Source: a bacterium (GTDB lineage Bacteria; UBA8248). From it: 64,000 nucleotides of DNA. The position numbers and the translations under genes were made by a program. The stretch is from NCBI GenBank assembly GCA_963692865.2, contig OY843592.1:2784001-2848000 (forward strand), written 5' to 3'. Positions 1 to 10,274 of this stretch are shown piece after piece (the first letter of the stretch is position 1; each line of letters begins with the position of its first letter). The notes below the pieces were generated by a model. It searched no databases. It was not told the DNA's origin and worked only from the letters and a program-made list of their open reading frames with translations.

Positions 1-501
1 GGGGCGCATGGAGTCGATCCCGAAATGGACGATCCCCTGATCCGCGAGCCATTCGGTGGCCTCCACGTTCAGGCCGGGGTTGTCCGATCCATACGCTTTC
101 GTGGGGTAGGTGCGTGCGTGATGGCCCGTGCAGAGCAAGATGGTGCCGCCCTTGGGGATCGAGAGGCCGGTCTTCTTCACCGCTTCATCGAGGTCGTTCG
201 AGCTGATTTCCGCCCGGGGGGCGACGTGCTGCAGATCGATGCAGATGCCGCGGACGATGCAGTTCTCGAGCGGGTACTCGTTCATCGGCTGCGCGTCCTG
301 GTGGAAGTGGCGCGGCGCGTCGAGATGCGTGGTGCCGTGCTCGGGCATGGTGACGAAGTTCAGGGCGTTCCCCCAGACGTTGCCCGAATCCTTGAAGGCC
401 TCTTCGTGGTTTTTCCACTCGGCGTAGAGGATGGGCGGCTGGCCCGGGTACGCGGGCGTGCGGTGGTAGATCTCTCGTGAAAGGTCAACGATGGTAGGCA
501 T
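1..501 (-). CDS. Cyclase / kynurenine formamidase family metal-dependent hydrolase (3' end runs off the window)
   Basis: Not in the ORF track; hand translation from ATG 501 (AAGGAG upstream) gives MPTIVDLSREIYHRTPAYPG...MPEHGTTHLDAPRHF...GIVHFGIDSMRP, matching the HxxTHxDAPxH cyclase motif. Confidence 0.88.
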   Translation of the reverse strand, partial: MPTIVDLSREIYHRTPAYPGQPPILYAEWKNHEEAFKDSGNVWGNALNFVTMPEHGTTHLDAPRHFHQDAQPMNEYPLENCIVRGICIDLQHVAPRAEISSNDLDEAVKKTGLSIPKGGTILLCTGHHARTYPTKAYGSDNPGLNVEATEWLADQGIVHFGIDSMRP

Positions 502-521
502 AGATTTTTTCTCCTTTTCGC

Positions 522-1763
522 CTAAACGGTGCAGCGCAATATATGAAGTCCATGGTTCTTGTCCGTCACGTAAACGATCCCGCGCCTGTCCACGATGACG
601 TCCTCGCTCTGGGTAACGAGCGTTTTGGGCAGCATGCCGAGGCGCTTCGCCGGGTCGGCGGGGATGTAGTGCGCGATCTCGCGCGGGTGGATGGGTTCGG
701 AGATGTCGTAGACCCTGAGGCCTGCGTTGAAGTACGTCAGATAGACGCGGTCTTCTCTTTGCTCCAGGCAATCGAGCCCCTGGGGATGGTGCTGGTTGTG
801 CGGGCCGAATCGTCCGCCGCGCTCGCAGAAGCTCTTGTGCGAGTAGCCGGGCGGCGGCTCGGGCACCGGGAAGAGCGACATGAGCCTCGGGTTCTCCTCG
901 TCCTCGATGTCGACAATCGCCGTGTAGTTGAGCGGCTCGTCGCAGTTCTCCTTGAGCGCCTCGCTGTTGATGATGGCGAAACCCCGGCTGAGATAGGGAT
1001 AGGCCGTGTGCACGGCGATGGCGCTGCCGAGCGGCGGGTAGACGTTGAAGCGGCTGACGAGTTTGGGGTTGGCGATATCCTCGATATTCGCGATGACGAA
1101 TCCGCCCCGCGCATAGGGCAGATAGGCGCGCCCGTTCTCCGCATGGGCAGGCCCGTGCTGAAACACGCGCATCCCCTCGCTCCAGTCGTCCGACATATCG
1201 GTCTCCGCCCCCTCCTGTTCGGGCAGCCAGAAGCGGCCCGCCTCCCTGGGGTTTCGGGGATCGGCCAGATCCAGGATGCGGTAGATGTTCCCATCATAAC
1301 CGGGCGCGTAGGCCGAGAGGTGGGCGTAGCGGCCGCCGTTGTAGAAATTGCGGTGCGTGCCGTCGGCCCCCGTCCGCCAGTGGGAGAGAAGCTCCGGCTC
1401 CGCGGGGTCTTTTTTCACGTCCCAGATATAGACGCCCTCTGCCTCGGGCGGGTCCTCTGGCCGCGGCCCCCAGCCGGGGGGGATTCTCTCCAGTGAGGTG
1501 ATGAGCAGTCCATCCGCCACCTGCACCTGAAGCGTCCAGGTGTTGTCGGGACCCTCGATGAACCTGAGGAGTTCGGGGTTTTCGGGATCGGTTACGTCCA
1601 GAATGCTCCAGCCGCTCACCCAGAATTGCGAGAGGTAGAGGTAAAACCGCCCGTCCACCTCCTGAATCGCCGTCTTGAAGGCGGGCCTGTCCTCCAGGTC
1701 GTGGTAGCCGAGCAACTCCATGTTTTCGCTGCTGATTGCCGCAGGCGCCTGCGCGAGACTCAT
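522..1763 (-). CDS. LVIVD-repeat beta-propeller protein, putative metallohydrolase
   Basis: Repeated ILDVTDP / ILDLADP / IVDIEDE / VYDISEP units, His motifs (GTHR, HGPAH, GPHNQHH); start MSLAQ at 1763 with GAGG upstream; 20 bp upstream of the cyclase gene. Confidence 0.82.
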   Translation of the reverse strand: MSLAQAPAAISSENMELLGYHDLEDRPAFKTAIQEVDGRFYLYLSQFWVSGWSILDVTDPENPELLRFIEGPDNTWTLQVQVADGLLITSLERIPPGWGPRPEDPPEAEGVYIWDVKKDPAEPELLSHWRTGADGTHRNFYNGGRYAHLSAYAPGYDGNIYRILDLADPRNPREAGRFWLPEQEGAETDMSDDWSEGMRVFQHGPAHAENGRAYLPYARGGFVIANIEDIANPKLVSRFNVYPPLGSAIAVHTAYPYLSRGFAIINSEALKENCDEPLNYTAIVDIEDEENPRLMSLFPVPEPPPGYSHKSFCERGGRFGPHNQHHPQGLDCLEQREDRVYLTYFNAGLRVYDISEPIHPREIAHYIPADPAKRLGMLPKTLVTQSEDVIVDRRGIVYVTDKNHGLHILRCTV

Positions 1764-1956
1764 CGCATCCTCACTTATGATGTACTCTTTGACTCTTCGC
1801 CAAAATGTGGAAGAGAATGTCCGTCGAATTGTTAGCGGAGCCAAGCCTTATGTACCCCACTACCGCACGGCGGTAAAGCCCCGCAGCGAGTTTGCGCGCG
1901 CGAACGGAATCGCGGCGCGGGGCCATACGCCGGGCGCACTGCAAAGCGGAGAAGAA

Positions 1957-2721
1957 ATGACCTCACCCGGCGTGGATTTGAGCGGCAAGGTAGCCTGCAT
2001 CACGGGCGGCGGCCAGGGGCTCGGCGCATCGATGGCCGTCGGGCTCGCGGAGGCGGGCGCGGACCTCGTCCTCATCGGCAGGCGGCCCGAGCCGATGGTC
2101 GAGACCGCGAAGCGGTGCGAGAAATTCGGAGTGCGCGCCAGACCCGCCGTCTGCGACGTGACGGATTCATCTCGCGTGAACGCCCTGTTCGAGCAGGTCA
2201 ACAGGGAACTCGGCGGCCCGCACATTCTCATCAACAGCGCGGGCGTCTCGCTCCCCAGCCCGATTCTCGAAATGATGGACGAACTCTGGCGCGAGACCAT
2301 CGATTTGAACCTGAGCGGCATGTTCTACTGCTGCCGCGCGGCGGTGCGCCACATGCTCGAGGCGGGAGGAGGCAAGATCGTCAACTTGGGCTCGGGCGCG
2401 GGCAGCCGGGGCCGCCCGAACCAGGTGGCCTACGCGGCGTCGAAATCTGGGGTGCGGGGATTCACCGAGGCGCTCGCCGTCGAGCTTGCGGAGAAGAACA
2501 TCCAGGTGAACAACATCGCGCCGGGCCGCTTCCCTACCCCGATGACGCTCGATCGCATCGCCGACCCGGCGCAGAGCGAGGAATTCCTGCGCTACGTTCC
2601 CATGAAGCGCTACGGCGAAATCGAGGAAATACGGCCGCTCGTCGTCTACCTATGCGGCCCGCAGAGCGACTTCATGACCGGGCAGACGATATACCTCGAC
2701 GGCGGTAGCAACGCGCTCTAG
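1957..2721 (+). CDS. Classical short-chain dehydrogenase/reductase (FabG/KduD-like)
   Basis: TGGGQGLG, NSAG, YAASK catalytic motif, VNNIAPG, DGG; ATG 1957 after GGAGA. Confidence 0.9.
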   Translation: MTSPGVDLSGKVACITGGGQGLGASMAVGLAEAGADLVLIGRRPEPMVETAKRCEKFGVRARPAVCDVTDSSRVNALFEQVNRELGGPHILINSAGVSLPSPILEMMDELWRETIDLNLSGMFYCCRAAVRHMLEAGGGKIVNLGSGAGSRGRPNQVAYAASKSGVRGFTEALAVELAEKNIQVNNIAPGRFPTPMTLDRIADPAQSEEFLRYVPMKRYGEIEEIRPLVVYLCGPQSDFMTGQTIYLDGGSNAL

Positions 2722-3512
2722 GCCCGCACCACGTCGCACCGCCCGCCGTCCACGTTGATGGATTCGCCCGTGATGTTCGAGGCCAGGTCGGAAACCAGAA
2801 ACAACGCCGCGTTTGCGCAGTCCTCGGCCCTTGTCAGGCGGTTCATGGGCAGTTCGGCGCGTCTTTCGGCATCCACTTCATCATAAGTTCGGTTCGTGAT
2901 GTCGGCGATCCGCTTCGTCTGCCGGACGTACCTCGGCGTATCCGTCGTGCCGGGGTTGATGAGGTTCACGCGGATGTTCTCGGGGGCGAGCCTGCGTGCG
3001 AGCTGGTGCTTGTAGGCGGCGAGGCCCGCGTTCGGGATGCAGCCCGAGCCGTGGAATTCCGAGGTGTGGACGTGGCTCAGCCCCGAGAAATAGACGATGG
3101 CGCCCCCGCCCCGCTTTCTCATCTGCGGAATCGCGGCCTTCGTCAGGCGAACGGCGGCGCGGAGCTTGAGGTCGATGGCGAGGTCGATGTCCTCATCCGT
3201 CGTCACGATGGGGTCCGTGCGCCTGCTCACGCCCGCGGCGCTTACGAGAAAATTGATTCCCCCGAGCCGGGCGCAGGTCTCCTCCACCACATGCTCCGTC
3301 CGGCCCTGTTCGGTGAGGTCGCCCGCCAGCACTTCCGCGCGTCCTCCCGCTGCGATGATATCCGAGGCGGTCTGCTTCAAATTTTCCTCGTTCCGGGCCG
3401 CGAGGGCGACGCTCGCGCCCGCGCGCGCCAGCACCACCGCGCACGCCTGCCCGATGCCCTGGCTCGAACCCGTCACCAAGGCGATTTTTCCGCTCAAATC
3501 TATCGCGATCAT
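2718..3512 (-). CDS. SDR family oxidoreductase lacking the YxxxK motif
   Basis: TGSSQGIG, VNLINPG, TGESINVDGG; active-site segment reads HGSGCIPNAG. Confidence 0.87.
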   Translation of the reverse strand: MIAIDLSGKIALVTGSSQGIGQACAVVLARAGASVALAARNEENLKQTASDIIAAGGRAEVLAGDLTEQGRTEHVVEETCARLGGINFLVSAAGVSRRTDPIVTTDEDIDLAIDLKLRAAVRLTKAAIPQMRKRGGGAIVYFSGLSHVHTSEFHGSGCIPNAGLAAYKHQLARRLAPENIRVNLINPGTTDTPRYVRQTKRIADITNRTYDEVDAERRAELPMNRLTRAEDCANAALFLVSDLASNITGESINVDGGRCDVVRA

Positions 3513-3692
3513 CTATTCCCCTTTCCTTGCAATCCGTTCATACTCAAAACTGCGCCTGGATTGAATGCAGACGAAACGTCAACACCGCGACTCTTCAGCC
3601 GGGCGCTGGATTTTCATGACGATTTTTCTTATACACGAGTTGTCCTTCGGCGGCATTCCAGGCGGCGTTGACATTCACTGAGGCGGCGGGCC

Positions 3693-4931
3693 ATGACGAA
3701 GAAAAGCATTTCGGACATCGACGTGCGCGGCAAGCGCGTACTCATGCGGGTGGACTTCAACGTCCCGCAGAGCGCGAATGGCCGCATCGCCGATGACCGC
3801 AGAATCCGCATGGCGCTGCCCACGATCAACCATATCTTGAATGGCGGCGGCCGCCTCGTTCTCATGAGTCACCTGGGGCGCCCGACGGGAGAAGGCCCCG
3901 AGGCCGACGCCAGATGGACGCTCGCGCCCATCGCCGAGCGCCTGGGTGAGCTGCTCGGCGAGAGCGTCTTATTCGCGCAAGACAGTGTGGGACCCGCCGC
4001 CGAGAGCGCGGTCGCGGCACTTGGAGACGGGGAATGCTGCCTGCTCGAAAACCTGCGCTTCCACAAGGCCGAGCAGATCAGGGACAAGGCGGCCTCGGGC
4101 GATGCGGCCTTAAAGAGCGAAAAAGACGCCTTCGCGCGAGGACTGGCGTCGCTGGCTGAAGTATATGTGAACGACGCCTTCGGCACCTGCCACCGCGACA
4201 ACGCGAGCATGCTCACCGTACCCCAGATGATGGCGAATCAACCCCGCGTCGCGGGATTCCTGCTCGAAAAGGAGCTTCAGTACCTGGGCGGCGCGCTCGA
4301 TGCGCCCGAGCAGCCTTTCCTCGCCATCATCGGGGGCAAGAAAGTTTCGGACAAGATGATGGTCATCGAAACTCTGTTGGGCAAATGCGACCGTGTGCTC
4401 ATCGGCGGAGCCATGGTCTACACCTTCATGCGGGCGAACGGCCAGGAGACGGGCGCGAGCCTCGTGGAGGAAGACAGGGTGGACGTGGCCGCTCGGCTGC
4501 AGGCCATGGGGAGAGAAAAACTCGTTCTGCCCACGGACGTCGTGGCCGCGCGCGCCATCGAGGAGGGCGCGTCCTTCGAGGTGTTCCAGGGCGTGATTCC
4601 AGAGGGCCTGATGGGTCTCGACATCGGCCCCGAATCCGCGCAGCGGTTCTCGGAGATGATTTCAGACGCGAAAACCATCGTCTGGAACGGTCCGATGGGC
4701 GTCTTCGAGGTCAAGCCCTTCGACGCCGGCACGTTCACCGTCGCGCGCGCCCTCGCGGAAGCGACGAAAAACGGGGCGACGAGCGTCATCGGCGGCGGCG
4801 ACAGCGCGGCGGCCATCGAGATGGCCGGGCTGAGCGGGCAGGTGAGCCACGTGAGCACGGGCGGGGGCGCGAGCCTCGAGTTCATGGAGGGGAAATCGTT
4901 CCAGGCCGTCGAAATTCTCGATGATTTGTAG
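3693..4931 (+). CDS. pgk: Phosphoglycerate kinase
   Basis: RVDFNVP, SHLGRP, LLENLRF, DAFGTCHR, WNGPMGVFE, GGGDS, STGGGASLE. Confidence 0.98.
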   Translation: MTKKSISDIDVRGKRVLMRVDFNVPQSANGRIADDRRIRMALPTINHILNGGGRLVLMSHLGRPTGEGPEADARWTLAPIAERLGELLGESVLFAQDSVGPAAESAVAALGDGECCLLENLRFHKAEQIRDKAASGDAALKSEKDAFARGLASLAEVYVNDAFGTCHRDNASMLTVPQMMANQPRVAGFLLEKELQYLGGALDAPEQPFLAIIGGKKVSDKMMVIETLLGKCDRVLIGGAMVYTFMRANGQETGASLVEEDRVDVAARLQAMGREKLVLPTDVVAARAIEEGASFEVFQGVIPEGLMGLDIGPESAQRFSEMISDAKTIVWNGPMGVFEVKPFDAGTFTVARALAEATKNGATSVIGGGDSAAAIEMAGLSGQVSHVSTGGGASLEFMEGKSFQAVEILDDL

Positions 4932-5009
4932 AGGCCGCACGGATGCCGCATAATCGTCCCGCAGTATGAGGCTTTCAAGTTTTCAAGCCGTTTTCGAGGG
5001 TGCAAGCAA

Positions 5010-6017
5010 GTGAAGAACAACATTCTGGAGGCCATCGGCGACACGCCGATCGTCAGGCTCAACTCCATCGGCGCAGGCGTCGAATCGGAACTGTTCGTCA
5101 AGGTCGAATACATGAATCCGGGCCTCTCGGTGAAAGACCGCATCGCACAGCTGATCGTCGAGGACGCCGAGAAAAAGGGCGAACTGAAGCCCGGCGGCGC
5201 CATCGTCGAAGCCACCTCGGGCAACACCGGCGCGGGGCTCGCCATCGTCGCCGCCATCAAGGGCTACCGCTGCGTTTTCGTGATGCCCGACAAGATGAGC
5301 CAGGAGAAGATCGACCGGCTGCGCGCGTACGGCGCCAAAGTCATCGTAACGCCCACGGTCGCGCTCGACGATCCCGAAAGCCACTACAGCGTCGCGCGCC
5401 GGATCGTGGAGGAGACGCCCAACTGCATCCTGGCGAACCAGTACAACAACCCGAACAATCCCGAGTCCCACTACCGCATGACGGGGCCCGAGATATGGCG
5501 CCAGACGGGAGGCGAATTCGACGCCTTCGTCACCGGTCTCGGCACGGGCGGCACCATATCGGGCACGGGGAGGTTTCTCAAAGAAAAAAATCCCAATATC
5601 AGGATCGTCGGCGTCGACCCCATCGGTTCGATTCTCTACGGCCTGTTTTACGGGGAAACCGACCCAGAAGCCGGCTCCTACAAGACAGAGGGCATCGGGG
5701 AGAGCTTCAAGCCCAATACGCTCAGTTTTGAGAACATCGACGAGGTCGTCCGCGTGACCGACGGGGAATGCCTCCTGATGGCGCGCAGGCTGGCGAGGGA
5801 AGAAGGCATCCTGGCGGGAGGGTCTGCGGGCGGCGCGGTGGCGGGCGCCGTGCGCTACGCGGAATCGCTCGATAAGCCTAAGAGAATCGTCACCCTTATG
5901 CCGGATTCGGGCATGTTTTACCTCAGCAAGATATTCTCCGACGAATGGATGGTCGCCAACGCGTTCCTCACCGAGGAGGAACTGGAAGAAGAAGCGGCAC
6001 CCAGGAGCGCGTCCTAG
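5010..6017 (+). CDS. PLP-dependent cystathionine beta-synthase / cysteine synthase family (no C-terminal CBS domains)
   Basis: NPGLSVKDRIA (PLP lysine), EATSGNTG, GLGTGGT, YKTEGIG; directly upstream of a cystathionine gamma-lyase. Confidence 0.92.
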   Translation: MKNNILEAIGDTPIVRLNSIGAGVESELFVKVEYMNPGLSVKDRIAQLIVEDAEKKGELKPGGAIVEATSGNTGAGLAIVAAIKGYRCVFVMPDKMSQEKIDRLRAYGAKVIVTPTVALDDPESHYSVARRIVEETPNCILANQYNNPNNPESHYRMTGPEIWRQTGGEFDAFVTGLGTGGTISGTGRFLKEKNPNIRIVGVDPIGSILYGLFYGETDPEAGSYKTEGIGESFKPNTLSFENIDEVVRVTDGECLLMARRLAREEGILAGGSAGGAVAGAVRYAESLDKPKRIVTLMPDSGMFYLSKIFSDEWMVANAFLTEEELEEEAAPRSAS

Positions 6018-6065
6018 AGTTCGACGCCGAAAACAGAAGCCGCCCCCACGCCTACCGGGAGTCCC

Positions 6066-7241
6066 ATGAAAATATCCACCAGAGCGATTCACCATGGAAA
6101 AGAACCCAACGAACTCACGGGCGCCGTGAAGCCCGACATCTGCCTGAGCAGCACGTTCAGGCAGCATACGCCCGGCGACCCGGTGGGCGATTTCGAATAC
6201 TCGCGCTCGGGCAACCCGACGCGTGAGGCGCTCGAGATGAACATCGCGGGTCTGGAGCGTCCCGACGATGCGGACGCCGAGTGCCACGGGCTGGCGTTCT
6301 CATCGGGTCTCGGCGCGACGACCACGATACTCTTCGCCCTTTTGTCTCATGGCGATCACATGCTCTGCTCGGACGACGTGTACGGCGGTACGTTCCGCCT
6401 CATCACGGGCAAGGATTTCAGGGGATTCGAGAAGTTCGGCGTCGCGTGCGACTACGTCGATATGGCGGACGAGGAATCGCTGGCCGGGAAAATCAGGGAG
6501 AACACGCGGCTCATCTGGATAGAGAGCCCCACGAACCCGCTGCTCAAGATGGCCGACATCCAAAGCATCGCGGCGACGTACGGGAGCGACGGCGCAATCG
6601 TCGCCGTGGACAACACCTTCATGAGCCCCTACTTCCAGAGGCCGCTCGCCCTGGGGGCGGACATCGCCGTCCACAGCACGACGAAATACATCGGCGGACA
6701 CAGCGACGTCGTGGGCGGGGCGCTGGTGACGAAAAGCCGGGCGCTCCATGAACGCATCCGGCACTACCAGAACGCGTTAGGGGCGACGCCCGCCCCCTTC
6801 GATTGCTACATGACCATGCGGGGCATCGACACCCTGCCCGTGCGGATGGAGAAACACCAGGAAAACGCCATGAAAATCGCCAGGCATTTTGAGGGGCACC
6901 CCGGGGTGGAGAAAGTCATCTATCCGGGATTGGAATCCCACCCCCAGCATGAACTCGCCAAAAGGCAGATGAGCGGCTTCGGCGGCATGCTGGCGTTTTA
7001 TCTCAAAGGCGGCCTGCCCGAGGCGAGGAGGTTCCTCGAAAACGTCCAGCTCTTCACCCTGGCGGAGAGCCTGGGCGGCACGGAATCCCTCGTGGAGCAT
7101 CCCGCCATCATGACGCACGCCTCGCTCACCGAGGAGAGCAGAGAAGCGCTGGGCATCAGCGACACCCTGATCCGGCTGTCGGTGGGCATCGAGGACGCGG
7201 ACGATCTGATAGAGGATCTGGATCAGGCCCTGAAAGCGTAA
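6066..7241 (+). CDS. Cystathionine gamma-lyase / gamma-synthase (Cys/Met metabolism PLP enzyme)
   Basis: YSRSGNPTR, ESPTNP, VDNTF, HSTTKYIGGHSD, AESLGG, RLSVGIE. Confidence 0.94.
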   Translation: MKISTRAIHHGKEPNELTGAVKPDICLSSTFRQHTPGDPVGDFEYSRSGNPTREALEMNIAGLERPDDADAECHGLAFSSGLGATTTILFALLSHGDHMLCSDDVYGGTFRLITGKDFRGFEKFGVACDYVDMADEESLAGKIRENTRLIWIESPTNPLLKMADIQSIAATYGSDGAIVAVDNTFMSPYFQRPLALGADIAVHSTTKYIGGHSDVVGGALVTKSRALHERIRHYQNALGATPAPFDCYMTMRGIDTLPVRMEKHQENAMKIARHFEGHPGVEKVIYPGLESHPQHELAKRQMSGFGGMLAFYLKGGLPEARRFLENVQLFTLAESLGGTESLVEHPAIMTHASLTEESREALGISDTLIRLSVGIEDADDLIEDLDQALKA

Positions 7242-7327
7242 CCAATGGAAATCCGGCGAACGCTCAGACCGCCTCTACGGAAAACTGGAATTTAATTTCA
7301 CTCACCTTGAGTCGCGCTCCGAAATAA

Positions 7328-7945
7328 CTCCCCCCTTGGGGGTTGTCGAAAAACCCTCCCTGGAGAGCTCCGAAGAAGGGAGGGATTGCCGGTTCTCCCA
7401 CCGCCTTGAACCGGGCGCTTTTTCCTCAACCTGCGCAGCGCTTCTCAACTCGCCTCATCCTGAGTAGCGGCGAAGCCGCATATCGAAGGATGCCCCTCGC
7501 CCCGGCGCGAGGCGTTCGACTCCCCTCGCCCTTCGAAAGGCCCAGGACAGGCCCCTTCGATACAAACGCTCCTTTCTCTGGGCTGTTGAAAAAGCCGGAG
7601 AGAGACAATTTGTTTGTAGGTGACAACCCCTCCTCGGGGTTGTCACACACATTCGGGGTTGTCACACACATATCATGCGACCCTGATTTTCGCCTCCACA
7701 AGGCGGGCCGCATGATATGTCAGACATATATGTCTGACCTACAAAAACCGTTCCTCCCCGGTCGCGTAAAACACTCGTTCATCAGGACTTTTTCAACAAC
7801 CCCTTCTCAGTCGCGTTTGACCTTCGGCGGCTACTCAGGGTGAGGAGGGGTGGTTGTGCGCAAGGGCGGCAAATGCGTCGTCAATTCCGGGCGATGAAGA
7901 AGAAAATACCACCGTCACTCCGGCTTTCGCCGGAATGACGATGAA
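7328..7945. repeat. Composite repeat cluster (MITE-like termini, GTAG-REP and CGTC-REP palindromes)
   Basis: GGGCTGTTGAAAAAG at 7580 and CTTTTTCAACAACCCC near 7788; GTAGGTGACAACCCC..GGGGTTGTCAC; about 7705-7798 nearly identical to about 22650-22742; CGTCA..CCGG..CCGGAATGACG at 7912. Confidence 0.85.
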
Positions 7946-7971
7946 CACTCTCGACGGAGAGCGACAACCCC

Positions 7972-8976
7972 TTACATGAAATACTTCCGGTCGTTCAGGT
8001 CGGGATACATGCCCCCCACCCACTTCGCGTAGCCGTTGAACAGGAGCGTCGGCCTTCTCTCGTTCGTCCCCAGCATGCGCTCGGTGGCCTGGGACCATCT
8101 GGGGTGATGGAACTTCGGGTTGATGTTCGCCCAGAAGCCGTATTCGGTGGGCGCCGCCCGCTCCCAGAACGTGCGGGGCCGCTTGTCGGTGAACTCGATG
8201 GAAACGATGGATTTTATGTTCTTGAAGCCGAATTTCCAGGGAACCACCAGACGCAGGGGCGCGCCGTGCTGCTGCGGCAGGGGATGCCCGTAAATGCCCG
8301 TGCCCATCATCGCCAGCTCGTTCATGGCCTCCTTCATCGTGAGGCCCTCCACGTACGGCCACGGGTACCAGACCTGGAGCTGCCCCAACGCCACCTTGCG
8401 GTTCAGGAAAGTCGTGAATTTGACGTATTTCGCCTTGCTCGTGGGCTCCACCTTCTTGATCAACTCGGAAATCCTGAAACCCGTCCACGGAACGGCCATC
8501 GCCCACGCTTCGACGCAGCGGAAACGATAAAGCCGCTCCTCGAGCGTCATGCCCTTGATCAACTCGTCGATGTCGTAGGTTTTGGGCTTCTTGACGTGGC
8601 CTTTCACCTCCACCTGCCAGGGGCGCGTCTCCATGCGCCTGGCCAGCCAGGAGATAGCCTTGGAGCCGCCGAATTCGTAGAAATTGTTGTACTCGGCCGC
8701 CACTTTTTCATCCGTCAGGGGCCGATCCAGCGTGAAGGCGGGATTCCGGCGCGCCGGGTACAGACCCACCGTTTGATCCTTGGGATGCGCAATCCCTTTT
8801 TTCGCCTGCGCCAGAGCGAGCGGCCCGTCGCGTTCGGGCCAGTAGGGAGGGGTCACCATCTGGCTCAGCATCAGGCCCGCGCCGCCCGCCAAAAACTTGC
8901 GGCGGTTCAAGAACACGGATTCGGGCGTGGCCTCGCGCTCGGGCATCGACCATTCGGGCTTTTTGATGTAATTCAT
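7972..8976 (-). CDS. msrP: Protein-methionine-sulfoxide reductase catalytic subunit (molybdopterin, Tat-exported)
   Basis: LNRRKFL Tat motif, YNNFYEFG, YRFRCVEAW, HGAPLRLVVPWKFGFK, EYGFWANINP, HPRWSQATER. Confidence 0.95.
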   Translation of the reverse strand: MNYIKKPEWSMPEREATPESVFLNRRKFLAGGAGLMLSQMVTPPYWPERDGPLALAQAKKGIAHPKDQTVGLYPARRNPAFTLDRPLTDEKVAAEYNNFYEFGGSKAISWLARRMETRPWQVEVKGHVKKPKTYDIDELIKGMTLEERLYRFRCVEAWAMAVPWTGFRISELIKKVEPTSKAKYVKFTTFLNRKVALGQLQVWYPWPYVEGLTMKEAMNELAMMGTGIYGHPLPQQHGAPLRLVVPWKFGFKNIKSIVSIEFTDKRPRTFWERAAPTEYGFWANINPKFHHPRWSQATERMLGTNERRPTLLFNGYAKWVGGMYPDLNDRKYFM

Positions 8977-9215
8977 TTTATCCCCTTTCGGGTGGCGGCT
9001 GGAGTCGGGTGTATTCTCCAGAACAGGCGAATCGTTTTGAGCAAAGCCCATGGATGCGGATCCGCCTTCCAAGACGGCCTTTGGGAATATATCATACAAA
9101 TCTCACCAAAGTGAGGAAAACCGAGGTTAAGGAATCTTGACAGTTGGACCTGGCGCATACACTGGGCAAGCGTGTCCCACAAGCACAGCGTCCGCCATTC
9201 AATCGTGGAGACCCG

Positions 9216-10274
9216 ATGTCTGAACTACGCTACCCCGTCGAACGCCTGGAGAATTTCATTCACGCCGTTCTCGTGGCGCACGACGTTCTGGATGACCACG
9301 CGCGCATCTGCGCCGTCCGCATGATCGAGGCCGACCTCCACGGGATGCACGGACACGGCATCTTCCGTCTCCCGCCCTATTGCCGCAGAATCCGCGAAGG
9401 CGGCTACAACCTGAGGCCCGACATCCGCGCCGAGCGCGAAACCCCCGTGAGCGCGCTGGTCGACGGGGACAACGGCTTCGGCCAGGTGGTCGTTACGTTC
9501 GCGGCCGAACTCGCCATTCAGAAGGCGCGAGAAAACGGGCTCGCGTGGATCGGCATACGCCACGGAAACCACGCGGGCGCCGCTGGCGTCTACGCCGCCC
9601 TGCCCCTCGCGCACGACATGATCGGGATGTACATGGCCGTCGCCAACGCCAACCACATGCCCCCCTGGGGCGGCGTGGACATGCTCCTGAGCACCAACCC
9701 CATCGCCTACGCCATCCCCGCGGGCGAGGAGCCGCCCTTCCTCCTCGATATGGCCACCACGGAGACTTCCTACGGGAAAGTGAAGGTCTACGCCCAGGAG
9801 GGAAAGCCGATGCCCGAGGGCTGGATGATGACCAGGGACGGAAAACCCCTCACCGACGCCACGCGCGCCGAGGAGGGTTTTCTGCTGCCCATCGGGGGGC
9901 ACAAGGGCTATGGTCTGAACATGATGATCGGCGCGCTCGCCGGCGTACTGAACGGAGCGGCCTTCGGCTCGGACGTGATCGACTTCAACAAGGACTTCAA
10001 GACGCCCACGAACACCGGCCAGGTGTTTTTCGCCATGCGGCCGGACATCTTCCGCGATCCGGAGGAGTTCAAGGCGGAGATGGACATGAGGATCCGCGAG
10101 ATAAGGAATTCCGCGCCCATGGAGGGCAAAGGCCCCATCCGGATCCCCGGCGAGAACCTCGCGCGCAGAAAAGAGCGGATGCGCCGAGAGGGCGTGCCCG
10201 TCGCCGCGCCCGTGCTCGTCCGACTCAGGGAACTGGCCGAAGGACTCGGCCTGGACGACAAACTCGCCGACTGA
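9216..10274 (+). CDS. Ldh_2 family NAD(P)-dependent oxidoreductase (sulfolactate/malate/ureidoglycolate dehydrogenase type)
   Basis: ADLHGMHGHG, DGDNGFG, NHAGAAG, STNPIAYAIP, LDMATT, GGHKGYGL. Confidence 0.9.
   Translation: MSELRYPVERLENFIHAVLVAHDVLDDHARICAVRMIEADLHGMHGHGIFRLPPYCRRIREGGYNLRPDIRAERETPVSALVDGDNGFGQVVVTFAAELAIQKARENGLAWIGIRHGNHAGAAGVYAALPLAHDMIGMYMAVANANHMPPWGGVDMLLSTNPIAYAIPAGEEPPFLLDMATTETSYGKVKVYAQEGKPMPEGWMMTRDGKPLTDATRAEEGFLLPIGGHKGYGLNMMIGALAGVLNGAAFGSDVIDFNKDFKTPTNTGQVFFAMRPDIFRDPEEFKAEMDMRIREIRNSAPMEGKGPIRIPGENLARRKERMRREGVPVAAPVLVRLRELAEGLGLDDKLAD

Noticed and set aside
7343-7843. 166-aa ORF and similar short ORFs in repeat nests (22632, 24339, 42971, 52300, 56552, 60535)
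   Set aside because: Translations of palindromic repeats (recurring MDSGFRRND, FFNNP, RDRSRPVPT), not credible proteins
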